NCBI GenBank assembly: GCA_951406725.2
Contig: OX597815.1
Coordinates: 69,254,001 to 69,318,000 of the forward strand
Direction of reading: 5' to 3'
DNA: 64,000 nucleotides
Source of the DNA: Octopus vulgaris
Taxonomy: Eukaryota
Shown: piece after piece, positions 25,601 through 38,705 of the stretch
Numbering within the stretch: position 1 is the first letter of the stretch
Layout of the letters: each line of letters opens with the position of its first letter
The notes under the pieces: generated by a model
Told to the model about the DNA's origin: nothing
What the model saw: only the letters and a program-made list of their open reading frames with translations
Database searches by the model: none
Program-made: the position numbers and the translations under genes

Positions 25601-26784
25601 CTAACATAGTGGGGGGAAAAAACCCAAGCAAAAAAAAAAACAAACTAAATTTTAAATTGTAAACTGCTGTGGGTAGAGAAACAAATTCAACAACCACAAG
25701 AAGCTACAAGACTTTCACATTGGAACTCTTAGCCAGTGGCTGCTTTACAAACTAAAGTCTAATTTTCTAGTGTTTTATAGAAATGTAAAAGACAAGATCC
25801 TGTCAGGGTGAAAAGAAACAAAATAACACTTGAACACAGGGGTACAAAATCCAATGTATATGATTAAAGTATAACAAGAAAATTAATACAGTTTGGTTGT
25901 TTAAAACATATATACATATTATATATATATATTTTCAAAAGATAAGTGCACATGCACACACATACACATATATACCAGCTTTAATATACCCTCTGCACAA
26001 AAACTTATGCTAGTTACTATTAGAGCGAATGGTTCCAAGATGAGTTGCAAAATGGTGGAGGAATAGAGACAGGCAGGGATGGAGTGCAAGAAGGAGGGAA
26101 ATAATGTACAAAAGGAAGATACAAAATTTTCATAAATATAATAACAAAGACAAAGAGTGACAGAAGAAAGAGATGAGAGTTTTGGGGCAGGGGATGTCTC
26201 CTCAGTTACTAGGGAAATAATTCTAATGTAAAAGCAAAACATTTGAGAGATCGTTGCTGAATTAAGAATTTTGCTTTTGAAATCCAAAACCAAAATGATC
26301 ATTCTGAAGCTAGACTCTATGACTTTATTCTACAGGAATGTGGAAGTTTCCTGGTACAGAGAGGCTCCTAGAAAACACATACACATACAAACACACACAC
26401 ACTCATATACAAACACAAGCACACATGCAAATACAAATTTTCAGCAACAAAGTGATTTTCTTTCTTTTTATTAAAGTTCCCAGTTGGCACAAGCATCATT
26501 CCGTGTATACCTAGTACACATAGGTGTACAGAGAGAAGTGAATATATGCATATATCTGTATATGTATGTGTGTTTGTGTATGTACATAATTTTTTCTTCT
26601 TTAAATCTATGAAATGACAACTCTACTAACTAATTTAGTTTTAATCTTACTTTTAACGAACTTATTCTTTTGGTCAATGTAATTGGCACAACAAATATTA
26701 GCATTTCTTTCATTGATTGTTGATTGTCTAAATTTTGGTTAATATGCCCCATTTATTTTAATTTTATCTTATTTTGCTTGTTCC

Positions 26785-26825
<41 letters not shown>

Positions 26826-26952
26826 AACATGCAGAGGGAGGAATATAAAAATAAAGAGTGACAGAGAAAGGGTGAGAGATAAGACTTAAAAAGAAAAAAA
26901 AATGCTTGCCTGCTTTGTTAGCCAATCATATTGTTTATTAGTGTATTATTAC

Positions 26953-26998
<46 letters not shown>

Positions 26999-27013
26999 CA
27001 CACACTCATGTTT
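22621..27013 (-). other. Putative ~4.4 kb 3'UTR of GATAD2
   Basis: The stretch downstream of the stop has no recognisable SINE/MITE copies, unlike its flanks, and is U-rich on the minus strand. It ends at a canonical poly(A) signal. Confidence 0.6.
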
Positions 27014-28059
27014 TTAAGATTTCCATGGCATAGTACCTCTGGGTCTAGGTGGGATCAAGTCAAGCAAATATTGCCGATGAAGGTCAGGTTTTGTGAAAGG
27101 TAACTGATAATGGAATGGTCCACGTGCAGTAAATGGCTGCAAGCCAATAGGCTGATTTGGTCGCTGCATCTGGTGGGCATGCATCAATGTTTGGTGATGT
27201 CTGAAATGGTCGGTGGTTGGTTTATTGTAAGAATTTGTGAGATTCATGGGTGCTGTGGTCCCCATATTTAGATTATTAGCCACCGTAGTCGGCATGTTTA
27301 TGCCTTGCGACTGCATTCGCTCGATCTCCTGCTCTTGTTGCAGAGCCTTCACAAATGCACTCTTTAGACGGTTGGTGTGTTCCTGCTTCAAAGCTTTCTT
27401 CTGGTTGGACGTCACACACTGTTCACAAATGACGTTCTTTGAGCCAGGTTTTTCTCGTTTCCAGACCGGAGTAAAATCAGTGTTACATTGTACACAACTG
27501 AACGGGTTACAAATCATCTTGTGATCCAAATTCTTCTCTCCCCTTGCTATCAAATCAGAATCAACAATGTAGTTGACAACCTCCTCAAGGCCAAGCAGCA
27601 TTATAAACTCATTGCTGGCAAGGCTAGGTATGAAGTTCATTTCAGGAGGTGGTGGCTTGGGTGGAGGGATTTGCAGAAGGGTCTTCTCCAACTGCTTGCG
27701 CAAGGCCAGTTTTGCTGCAGCTTGTCTCTGTGCCGTGGTTTCAACTGGTTGTGCAGGCGGTGCTGGAGGTTGGCTTTGTACTGGTGGAGTGTGAATAGGA
27801 CGAAAGCCTGACATTAAGTTATTATTTGAATTAGACATTTGATTGTGGTTGGTGCGCATGTTTTGCATGCTGTGCATACGTGGTGGCATCACAAGTGGAG
27901 GCGGCCCCTGTTGGTGTTGCATTTGCTGAACCCTCATCTGAGCTGCCATTTGCTGTGAGCCTCTCATGAATGGATGTGTAGAAGAATTAGACTTGGAAGA
28001 CTGTAGGGGCTGATTGTTGGTGTGGTTACCACGCACCAGTGGTGGAGGTGCTGACTGTG

Positions 28060-28093
<34 letters not shown>

Positions 28094-28649
28094 CTGTTGT
28101 TGTCGGTTTGACAGTTGTTTATTGTTGGCCACAACATTGCTCTGTTCCTGCAACTGGTGTGACAACTGGCTTTGGCGTAGTTTTTTTAAGAGCACAAGCT
28201 TGGCTTCCTCGTTGCGCAATTCAGCCTGAAGGGTTTTGACTAGTTTTTTACGCATTCGTTTTTCATCAGCAGTAAGTTCTTTTGCACCATTTAGTGCTTT
28301 CTTTTCATCATCAGAATCGTCTGACAAAGTGATAATGTCTGGAGAAGATGGAGGTTTTGTACTCAAGTCTACTGGCATATCCATAGCCAAGTTTTCTTTC
28401 TCACTGTCTTCGGACTTCACTGGTGAGGCATCATCTTCTCGTTTCACATTACTTCCATCACGTTCTCCTTCCTTAGGTTTCATCAGTGTAGAGAACATAG
28501 GTTCCCTCTGACGCATTTTGGCTTCAATTTTCATTGATAAATTCTGAACACCATCTTGGGAAGCTGATAAACTTGTGTTTCTTTCTCTCTTTGGGCTGGA
28601 TATAACATGTGGAAGTTTGTTCTCCACTAAACTGGGTTCCAGCTTCAAT
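27014..28649 (-). CDS. GATAD2B: GATAD2/p66 (transcriptional repressor p66, NuRD subunit; simjang orthologue), last and largest coding exon (1636 nt including stop)
   Basis: The 544-aa ORF contains the p66 CR1 coiled coil ([26 protein letters not shown]) and CR2 ([36 protein letters not shown]). It also has a GATA-type finger (CVQC-x19-CEQC, 27416-27496) followed by [29 protein letters not shown], a PVDLS motif and PDIITLSDD. The acceptor is ttttcttcttag|A at 28650/28649, phase 2. The ORF-track 'M' at 28648 is a TTG Leu, not the start. This is the single invertebrate orthologue of GATAD2A/B, so the A/B label is nominal. Confidence 0.96.
28061..28102 (-). repeat. Coding poly-Gln tract (14 Q, mixed CAA/CAG) in GATAD2
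   Basis: 14 consecutive CAA/CAG codons counted directly. Confidence 0.95.
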
Positions 28650-28904
28650 CTAAGAAGAAAAAAAAAAAAGAAAAAGAAAAAAACGAGGAATATAATTTCA
28701 TGTTAAAATTTTCAAAAACGAAATAAATTTTTAAAAAACAAACTTAATTTGAAGTAGACTTAAAACAGCTATAAAACCCGTTACTTTGATTTATTCAAGA
28801 GAGTGAGGCTTATCTTTTTGCATTCTTTTAGCTATTATATGATACCACCCTACTGGCTGTGTAGGCAGGTTGTAAATACATGTCAAGTCATGTCAAGATG
28901 GAAG

Positions 28905-29250
28905 ATGAGTGCCTAAATTCACATGCTAATCTCTTCAATGAAATTGTCCTGCCTGTGTTCTTATATGTAAGTGAAATGTGGTCTTCCACAAAGAAGAAGG
29001 AAAAACAGACTGGCTATGACACAGAGGGCCATGGAAAGATCTATGCTAGGAATATTATTATGGGAATGTACCCAAGAGGTAGTTTGAGAATGGAGTAGAG
29101 CAAATGATGAGATTGTGGAATGCAAAAAGAGAATGTGTGCTTTGTCAAGTGGTAGCCAAGAGATCAGAAGGGACAACACAACAAACCTCCAAGATGAATT
29201 CTGGCTCAATCGAGAAGAATGACACTCTATTGTGACCAATAATATATAGG
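28905..29250 (+). mobile_element. Degenerate RTE-clade LINE fragment in a GATAD2 intron
   Basis: LFNEIVLPVFLYVSEMW followed, after a frameshift, by TQRAMERSMLGI. Confidence 0.65.
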
Positions 29251-32200
29251 AACAGATGATGGTCTGGTAATAAAATGCACAAAATTTAATTTCCTATTCT
29301 TAATTAATGTTTAAATGATGACTCTAACCCTTTTAATACAAACCCACTTGCACTAAAATAATCATATTTAAATTAAAGATCTTGATTAAAATCTCAATTA
29401 AAGCATGTTGATCAGAAGATTTTGGTTTGTCAACATCAGCGTAACATATATATTAATGTGTGTATATATACTTACATATAAAAGTGGTAGTATATTAAGT
29501 AACAGATATTTCACTAAACCTTACTCAAATCTTTATGATATTGAAAATTAATTGAAACACACAGGAAATTTACTAATTAGAAATATAACAATAAAAGGGT
29601 TAAGAGACATTATAATTTAATTAACCCTTAGTCAAACATGTGAAATGAACTGGAGTTAAATTTAAAAAGTTTTTTTCCAAATAAAATCCTTTGACCACTG
29701 TGTAATATAACATTAATTAAATTAAATTATAAATTTAGATATTAAAAGTTACATTCATGCAATACATAATTAAGTGTACAAAACCTGAAACTAGCAAATT
29801 AGAACAGTAATTCTCAGCATTCTTTAAAAGGTTGATTAAATTCTAGGTGTGGTTGTATGGGTAAGAATTTTACTTCCCAAATATATGGCTCTGTGTTCAG
29901 TTCCACTGTGTGGCATCTTGAGCAAGTATTTTCTACTATAGCCCTAGGCTGACCAAAGCCTTGAGGGTGGATTTGGTAGATGGAGATGGAAAAGACACCT
30001 GGCTTATGTTTTTCTCCTTGTCTCAACATCATATGGAAGTTATAAATGTCATACAAGTAATGTTATTTATTTCTAGTATTTTGCAAAAGCATGTCTGGTC
30101 ACGGGGAAATATTAGCTGACTTGAAAAGAAGTGAAGGTTAACAACTAGAGGGGCATAGGCTTCAATAAACTCTATCCAACTCATGGAAAAATGGACATAA
30201 AAAGGACGATGACAACTATTTAATTTGTTTTTAGCAGAAGGTTAGAATTTAATTTTCCATTAACAGTTTTAAATAATCTTAAAGATGATCAAATTAGTTG
30301 GACAGTAATCTTGACTTCAGCTGAAAATTTCTCAGCAGCTCTAAATGCAGTTAAACCTCATTAAGTGATGCAGTTGTTATTCTAGTGACACCACCTATAA
30401 GTTCTTTTGTAGCAGAAGAAAAAAAAAATAGGGAAGAAAGTGTTATAAAAAAAAAAAAAAAAGAAGTGAATACATTAAAGCAGCTATCATGTTAGTTCTA
30501 ACAGTGATAATAAACAAAGCAGCAAGGATAGATTGCAGAGATATCAAGGCTATATAGTTGATGACTAATTCTGTAAAAACACATTCATGTAATTGGTTAC
30601 ACTTCAAGTTGAGGGAGCTGGATTCTAGTAGTAGCAAAAGCTGGACATAAATTAAAACATTCAATTTGGATGACTGATTGAGCTACTAAAACAGGACAGG
30701 ATTACAATAGGCAAGTCAGACACAAGTGTTTGACTCATTGTCGTCGTCATCATCATTTAAGTTTCATGTTCCATGCTGAAATGGACTAGATAATTTGACA
30801 GGATCCAATGGACCCAAGAACTGCATCATGTTCCAGTGTCTGCTATAGTATGGTGTCTACAGCTGGATGCCCTTTCTAACACCAATAATTTTATAACAAA
30901 TACTGAGTGCATTTTTTATTTGTGCCACCAGCACTAGTGAGGTCGGCATGCAACTTACTAGACTTTGAACCCTGAGGGTGGGGTCGCATGGCTTTATGCT
31001 AGGAGCTGAGGAGTTATAGTATGAAAGGAGGGGGGAAGAGTAGGTTTTTTTTGGTGTAGAAAAGCAACTTGGCTACTCACATTTAGGAAAAGATAAGAAT
31101 GATCAGGTGGAACAGGAAAGAGCTGAAATAGTGGTGATGACATGTCCATAAGAAACTTAGTCATCGGACCAGCACTGTTTTATTAGCATCGATTCCAAGA
31201 GGAATTGATGCTATATTTCATTAGTTTTAGCCAATGGTGTGTGGCTAAGTGCTCATGACTGCAGGGTTGTGGGTTTGATTCTTGAACTGGGCAGTGTGTT
31301 GTGTCTTTGAACAAAGCACTTCATTTCATATTGTTCCAAATGAGTTGCAATGACTGCTCGCAACATGAGGACCCTAAATGACTAGTAAAAGCACGGTGGA
31401 AGCTACCAGGTCATACTCATTTACTTATGACAGCTAAGCCACTGGGAAGTAACGTGAATTGGAAAGATGATTAGAATGACAAATAGAATGGCTTGCAGCA
31501 TTTGTCTCAACTCTTGGTGCTCTGAGTTCATATCTCACCAAGGTCAACTTTGCTTTCCATCCTTTCACTGACCATTCCCTTGGATGTGTGTGTGTGTGTG
31601 TGTGGGAACTTGCATGCAATCTAACAGTTAATCGTCGTCTTAACAAAGAAAACAGCCTGTGCATGTGCAGATGCATAGCCAACACTAATAGAAGAGCCAA
31701 GTGTGTGGCCAAGCTGGGGCACTGCCTTCAAAGTTTATACTTGGTTATATTGATCAGTTCAGAAGAAAGGTTAAGTTGACTTTGGCTTAAAGGGATCAAA
31801 CTAAATATCACAAGGTATTTTTGTTTGGACATCCCTCACTGATACATATACATCTAACAAGCTTCCACACAACAAAACAAGTTTCAAACAAACCTTAACC
31901 ACACACCCATGCCTACACACGATGTAAATAAAAAAGAAAATATATTTGTTGTTGCGATTTCATAAAACAGAATAACTTCTCTCCTACCTATTCTTATTCC
32001 AAGTAGTTTGAGAATTGAAGAACATCATGCTTGCATGTATCAGATGAGAGCCACTGAGGTAGATTTTCTATGGTTGGATGCCCTGCCTCTCACTAACCCT
32101 CATCTGTTTCCATGAAAGTAATGTTTTCACAGGAGATTGTAAACAAACAGCCACATTTGTATGTGGTAAGGTTTACTACTACTGCATCACGTCAAGACAG

Positions 32201-32494
32201 GAAATACCTCTCCCTGCATACACATGTACCTCTTTACCTATATTATATAATATATATATATATATATATATATTATATTAAAATTATAAATTAGGGTATC
32301 TACAAGATACCACCATGCTGAAAATAGCAGCCATGATCCAACTCTAAAACCACCTTATTTTTTCCATGCTGACCACTTGATAAAATTGTTATTATATTTT
32401 TAAATTAACAATCTTATCCTTATATATATATATATATATATATGTAATGGATAATTAAAGACAGAAGACGGAATATACAAGAATTTGTTATTAA

Positions 32495-32598
32495 TCACAA
32501 CAATTGTTTCAACACATCTAGCATCAATTCATCTTGTGTGGAACACTCAACATCTGGTTCAGGAGCATCAAGTGGTGCAGATGTATCTCGTCGGGTAA
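32495..32598 (-). ncRNA. Hammerhead-like motif (CCGACGA core) in a PLE-like relic at about 32445-32780, sense to GATAD2
   Basis: Minus strand TTAC-CCGACGA-GATACATCTG...TAGATGTGTT-GAAA-CAATTGT-T-GTGA, with a perfect palindromic ACAATTGT stem III. Adjacent to (TA)n. Confidence 0.55.
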
Positions 32599-35500
32599 TA
32601 ATTAAATACAACTCATTAAAAATGACTGTTCCGCAATGTAACTTTCTGTTTTGTAGAGAGAAAAGCAGCCAGACATAGGAAGTATCTTCTAATATATAGA
32701 AGATCAAAAATAAAATCACAGGTGACAAAAAGTGAAACGAGCACACAATCCAGTAAGAAAAGTATTAAAAATAACTTAATAGGTATGGATGTATAAATCC
32801 CTTTAAGCCAAAGTCAACTTAACCTTTCTTCTAAAGTGATCAATAAAGTAAGTGTGAAGCAATGTACTGAGATCAATATAACCAAGTATAAACTTTGAAG
32901 GCATTGCCCCAGCTTGCCCACACACTTGGGTCTTCTGTTAGTCAGTGTTGGCTTCTTTTCAGTTTCTGCTGATTATATTCACTAACAAGACTTTAGTTGG
33001 TCTGGAGTTGTAGAGGATGAAACTTGCCCAACGTGCAGTGCAGTAGGCCTGAACCTGAAACCGCATTGCTGTGAAGTAGATCACCACATAGCATTGGCCA
33101 TGTCTGCTGTGTCAATGTTATTTTAAGGAATATACGCATGATTAAACTAATCTATATTGCATAAATTTGCTGATTTAAGATATTTAATGCACTCCACACT
33201 TAATTCATTAAAATTTACTTTACGGTTTAGCAAAAATTTCACAAAAAGTATCTGAAAAATGTGACCTTCAAGAGTTGAAGTTTATATTTTTTCACATCGC
33301 TAAACAAGACCCCAACATTCACCAAATTTGTTTATTAGAATTTTTTTCAACTTAGCCTAATTATTTCATGAAAAATTAGGTCAAATACTGTATCACATCC
33401 ATACATTATTAAAAAGGAAAGTAATGCTACTACATATTTCATGATTTAGTGCTCTTATCAACATGTGGTTAGACATGCAAATGAAATTTAGTAATAAACT
33501 TATTTTGAACACCAAACACTATTAAAAATGCATTAATCCTTTGATGTCAATCAGCCTGAGACTGTTTTTAGTTCTGTGATATAATAAATTTCTTGTTTGA
33601 AAGTGATCTAAATATCAGTATAACGATAAGTTGTTTTACTAAATTCTTCATTATTTTAAAAATTAAAGCAAAGGTAGTTTTCAACACTGGAAATGAAAGG
33701 GTCATATTCAATGATGGCCAATCCCTTTGAGACAGCCTTTAATTTGCTCATATAAAATCATCATTATCATCATCCTAACATTCACTTTTTCCATGCTTGT
33801 ATTGGGTCAGGTGAAATTTTGCTGAAGCAGATTTTCTCTGGCCAGATTCCCTTCCTGCTGAATCCCAAACTACATGGTTCAGAAGCACACAGCCATGCCT
33901 GTGCCTGAGTTCTAAAGATATATCACACACGACAGGTTTCTGCCATTTTCATCTACTAAATCCACTCACCAGACTTTGGGCAGCCTTTCTGTTCCATTTT
34001 TAATTTAAAAAGCGAAGAACTTTTCTATTAAGTAATGTTCAAAATACCAATCAATGAACAAGGTTATTTTACAAAATTCTCCAAATTTTTGATTACTTTC
34101 AAAATTACTTAAAACATAAGCAGTGTATTTCATCAGAAATATGCTCACAAAAGGTTAAAATTAAGATAGTTTGCATTATATTATGACAAATTTGATAGTG
34201 TGATTCATTTTACAACTATGTGATTTTGGATCCCATCCCTAGCATAATACCTTGTAAGGTAATCAATTCTTGTAGTTGAAGTTAAATAATGTGCAGAAGC
34301 TTGTCACATGTGTGTACACATGTGTGTTTGTTTACATTTTCACTTCTCTAAAAAAAGTACTGAGCTATAAGTGATGACATTGTTGTCATTTATTCCTGTC
34401 AACAAATTGTCCACTGGACGTATGCCTCTAATTGAAAAACAAGAAATGAGGGTTAGTGACATAATGAACTTCTAGCCATTATGCAATATATCTGTCCAAT
34501 CCATGCAAGAATGGAAAAATGAATGTAAAGGCTAACACACGAATGAATATATATATCATGTAGCATCCATGTTCCATGCTGGCATGAGTTCGATGGTTTG
34601 GAAGGATCTGATGAGTCCAAGGACTGCATTGTGTTCCAGTGTCTGCTTAGAGCGAGAAGTGTGTGTGTGTGTGCATGTTTCTGCTATCCCATCAGCATTA
34701 CATTCCATCATTTGGCGCTTTTATATCCTTACTTGAAGAACAATGGTTGGCAACAGGAAAGGTGGCATCTGGCCATAGAATACTGCCTCAATCAGTTTTA
34801 TCTAACCTTTGTCAGCATGGGATTTAATCCATTATAATATCATAATTTTAAATAATATTTGATAGATCATGCTTAATATTTGTATCACACTCCAACTGCC
34901 AAGAAAGTGAATCTTTCAATCATTAATGAAAACCCACACACTTTAAACTTCTTACATTATTGTAGAATTTAACCTCCATATTCTACTATTTTCTAATTTC
35001 TGTAGATTACAACAAGAGTTGGTAGTGTTATTCAGCTTGCACCATTGCACTAGAAGTATTCATTGTGGTCAACAATTCCAAGATATTCAAAGACAATTCT
35101 TGTGCACCCCTCAAACCATGTTAATAATAACTTATTTCTCTTTCCTCAACATTACACAGAGTGAGGTATCACTGTTGGCCAGTGAAACACCTGACAACAC
35201 ATTTAGCAATATTCCCCATAACTCTCAACAGAACTATTTTTTATTCTACCAGGGCATTAATTTGTAATCATGCCTAGTTTTCATTTTATAGTGTGGATGG
35301 GAGAAACGGATGTGGCTGTAAGGTGCAGGCACAGCTGTGTGGACCAAGAGCTTCTTTCCCAGTATGGCACCTTGGACAGTGTCTTCTACTGCAGATCAGG
35401 GCCAACCAAAGTATGGTGAGCGGATCTGGTAGATGGAAATAAAAAAAGTGTTATGCGTGTGTGTACCATTGACTTGACAGTGTAATGGTTGTAAACAAAC

Positions 35501-35789
35501 ACCATTATACAAGTTTAGTGAAAAACATGTCTGGTTGGAGGGAGATATTACCTTCCAAAGAAATAGGAGAGCATTGGTGACAGGAAAGATATTTGGCTGT
35601 TGAAAATTCCCCCTCAACAAAATTCTGTTGATTCATGCAAGCATGGAGAAGTGGACATTAAGTGATGACGATGATGATTCCATTGTTGTCTCTCAAAGCA
35701 ACAGACTTTGTCTACATGCTAAATACCAAAGTTTTTCATTTATAAAGGCTATATTTAATAAGCCTTAAATTCATATAAAATAAATCTAT

Positions 35790-36016
35790 TTAACCCTTTA
35801 GTGTTCAGATTATTCTATCAAACATAATGCTTATTGATTCCCATTGATTTGAATTAATCATGCATTATCTCATATCTTCAAGATCTTGATGGTGTAATTA
35901 CCTAATGTAGAATAACATTGTAGGGTAGATGTGAGAGCCTGGATCTGGTCAGTTTGAACATAAAACAGATTAACTATTTTGGCCGGATATGGCTGGTTTA
36001 AATACTAAAGGGTTAA
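35790..36016. mobile_element. piggyBac-type MITE, family B (second copy 38129-38360)
   Basis: TTAA|CCCTTTAGTGTT ... AATACTAAAGGG|TTAA: TIRs plus TTAA target duplication. Confidence 0.85.
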
Positions 36017-36113
36017 AGTAAATCTAAACTTAAAATATATAATTTCCACATAGATATGCACAATATACACCTTTTATAGATGTATTTATCAACTAAATAA
36101 GTGAACATCTTAC

Positions 36114-36314
36114 TTTTTCTCTGGTGGTGGCTCACATGACAGAGGTGAAGGTCCTGTAGACGATTTTGCTAATGAAATAGCCTGTTTGGAGTCATCCAAC
36201 TTGGTACTTGAGGTTGAACTATTTGGCGCTTTTCTGATAGGTGGCAGGGCTCCCAGTGCAACTGGTCGCTTTTCTTCATTACTAGCTTTTTTATCATCTG
36301 TTCCAAGTTTAGTG
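36114..36314 (-). CDS. GATAD2B: GATAD2/p66 middle coding exon (201 nt, phase 2-2)
   Basis: Acceptor ttttctag|C at 36315/36314 and donor AA|gtaag at 36114/36113. Open frame TKLGTDDKKASNEEKRPVALGALPPIRK...CEPPPEK. It joins in frame to the last exon to give PPPEKKLKLEPS, similar to the KxxKME motif near the N-terminus of vertebrate GATAD2 proteins. Confidence 0.85.
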
Positions 36315-38412
36315 CTAGAAAATATATAACAGATATATAGCCATAACACATATGATACAATGACACACAAACCTATCAAAAACAAAAATCAATTATAATA
36401 CTCTCATTGAATAACAAGCTGCTGAAAATTTATAATAATACATTTTATATTAAAAATATTATTTACATAGCATATTGTTATTGTATAGTTTACAAGTAGT
36501 GTATGTAGCACATAACTTCATAAAATATGAATATAAAATAATGTAATTTTGATTCCTCATTTAGATACCAAACCTCAGTAAACCTCAATATTTTAAGAAA
36601 GAATGAGATTGTGTGATGTTCATACTTTCCTCAGTCATTAATGGGTCTTAATGAAGAGAAACCAATATAGATTGCAATCAAATTGTGAACTTAGATAACT
36701 AGTTCACATTATAGCTTTCACTTAATTCTAAATCTTTTGTCTTTTTATTTGGGAGGGAAAGCATTGTCTATGACTCTTTAGAGGGCTTCTGAGACTAGTA
36801 GGTGGGAGGGAGGAAGTTACCCTTAACCAGGGACCAGGTCCAAATCCTAATACTTGCAACAGATGCCAGGCTGTAGTTTTAAACCAAGATATAACAATTT
36901 CATGTTGCTCTGTGACCACTTTGACATGTGACACATTGTGCACTTGTACTGGCAATCTCAATTTGTTGCAGAGAATGAGCTTAACGTACACCACAAACAT
37001 TTGATTATTATAAGCAAATCATCTGTGCAGGTTGTTGGCAAGAAGTTCTGGAACCCTCATCTCTCATTTATGACTAGAGTGACTATCATGCAGTCTTAAA
37101 GACTTAGTGTTCTTGCATTACCAGAAATGCTCAAGGTATTTCTTTTTAGAGAGGGAAATTTGCCTTCTATATCATTAGACTGAGAGCAACAAACTACAAA
37201 TATCTAGGTTTACTCAGTTGACAAGTTTATACTCTATGAAGATCCGACAAATAAACTGTATTACATACAATATGTATATAACTTGATAAACAATTTGATT
37301 AAACATAAGCCAAAACATAAAAGCTATTTTGTATTAAGAAATATATACAAAATAAAGTAACAAAAAAAAGAAAAAAATTACACTCACAAACAATAACTAT
37401 ACAAAAAGTAGGAACAATCTGATTAGAATTCAAATACGAATATCATTATGAAATAGATATGAATCTAGTGTAAAACAGCTCTATGATATAGAAGGTTGTA
37501 ATATTTAATGGATTAGAACTAACTACTAGGGAAATGAACAAATCTTATGCTTATTCAATAATACACTAAGAATAATTTCTTTTAGTACTAGTATTAAACA
37601 AAATACAGTACGAGGAAGAAAGACCTTTCATATTTTACACAGTCATTGGTGTGATGCTAGTGAAGTTAGGCTGGTGGTAGTATCTTCATGCAGCTGATAT
37701 ATAACCATTTTTTTCATCAGTTACTATCATGGTTTGGACCAGTGCACATGGTGCATTTGCTATTGAAATGTTTATCGGGAATGGTGAATTTGAGGGCTTG
37801 TTTTGCTGCAACCTGTACATGCTGCTAAGTTACACTTGCAAGTGACAGCTAAGCTTTCCTATCACTCGTTATTTTTATTACATGTTTCAATTATTTCATC
37901 TGAAGCTGTTTTAACTCTCATCCAATTTGAACTTTCTGTATTAAAAAAAAGTTTATAAAAGAACATTGTAATGTGTTACAATAATACACACTAAGTTACA
38001 AGACTTAATCATTTCTGATTTTTAAAAACCTCCATTTCAGATTAAGAGAACACTTAAACACACACAAAAATGAGGTACCCTTAATTTTGAAAATACTGAA
38101 GAATTTAGTAAAATAACTATGTCCAATATTAACCCTTTAGCATTCAGATTACTCTGTCAAATGTAATGTTTATTTACTTACATTGTTTTGAATTAATGAT
38201 GCATTATCTCATAGCTTTGAGATTTCAATGATGCAATCATTTATTTTCCTAGAGTATTTTTCTGGAGCAGCCAGATCTGTCCAGTTTCAACATATAACAC
38301 AATATCTAGGCCAAATATAACACCAGCTTAATCCTTTAGCATTTATTTCTAAAGGGTTAAGTTGGTGTTTGTAATACAAAATAAATATGAACTTTAAAAA
38401 AAATGCACTCAC

Positions 38413-38705
38413 CTTGATTCTGAAGATTTATCATCTGGTGGAGAATTGTCAGTAGTTTCTCTGGCAGTATCCTCTGAAGGAATGCAATTTTCTGGTGGTG
38501 TAGAAGGGGAAGAATTGGCAGAAGATGTTGATGAGACAGTAGCTGGAACAGAGGCAACCTTGCTAGAATCAGTTGTTGAGAGATTTTCTGCATTATCAGA
38601 TTCCTTAGTTGTGCTTGTGGGAGTTTCTGGTGCTATTGGAGACCCTTTTGAAGTAGCATTTCCTTCTGTTATACCATTACTTTCCCCACTTGAATTTTTT
38701 TCCAT
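38413..38705 (-). CDS. GATAD2B: GATAD2/p66 first coding exon (exon 38413-38713; low-complexity Ser/Thr/Glu-rich N-terminus)
   Basis: Acceptor ttattaacag|AT at 38714/38713, ATG in a good context (ACAATGG) at 38705, and donor AG|gtgag at 38413/38412. AG plus the first C of the next exon gives an in-frame Ser. Joined CDS is 293+201+1636=2130 nt, or 709 aa plus stop. Confidence 0.8.

Noticed and set aside
27237-28511. Plus-strand ORFs including a poly-Cys run
   Set aside because: Antisense shadows of the GATAD2 exon; the poly-Cys is the reverse complement of the poly-Gln.
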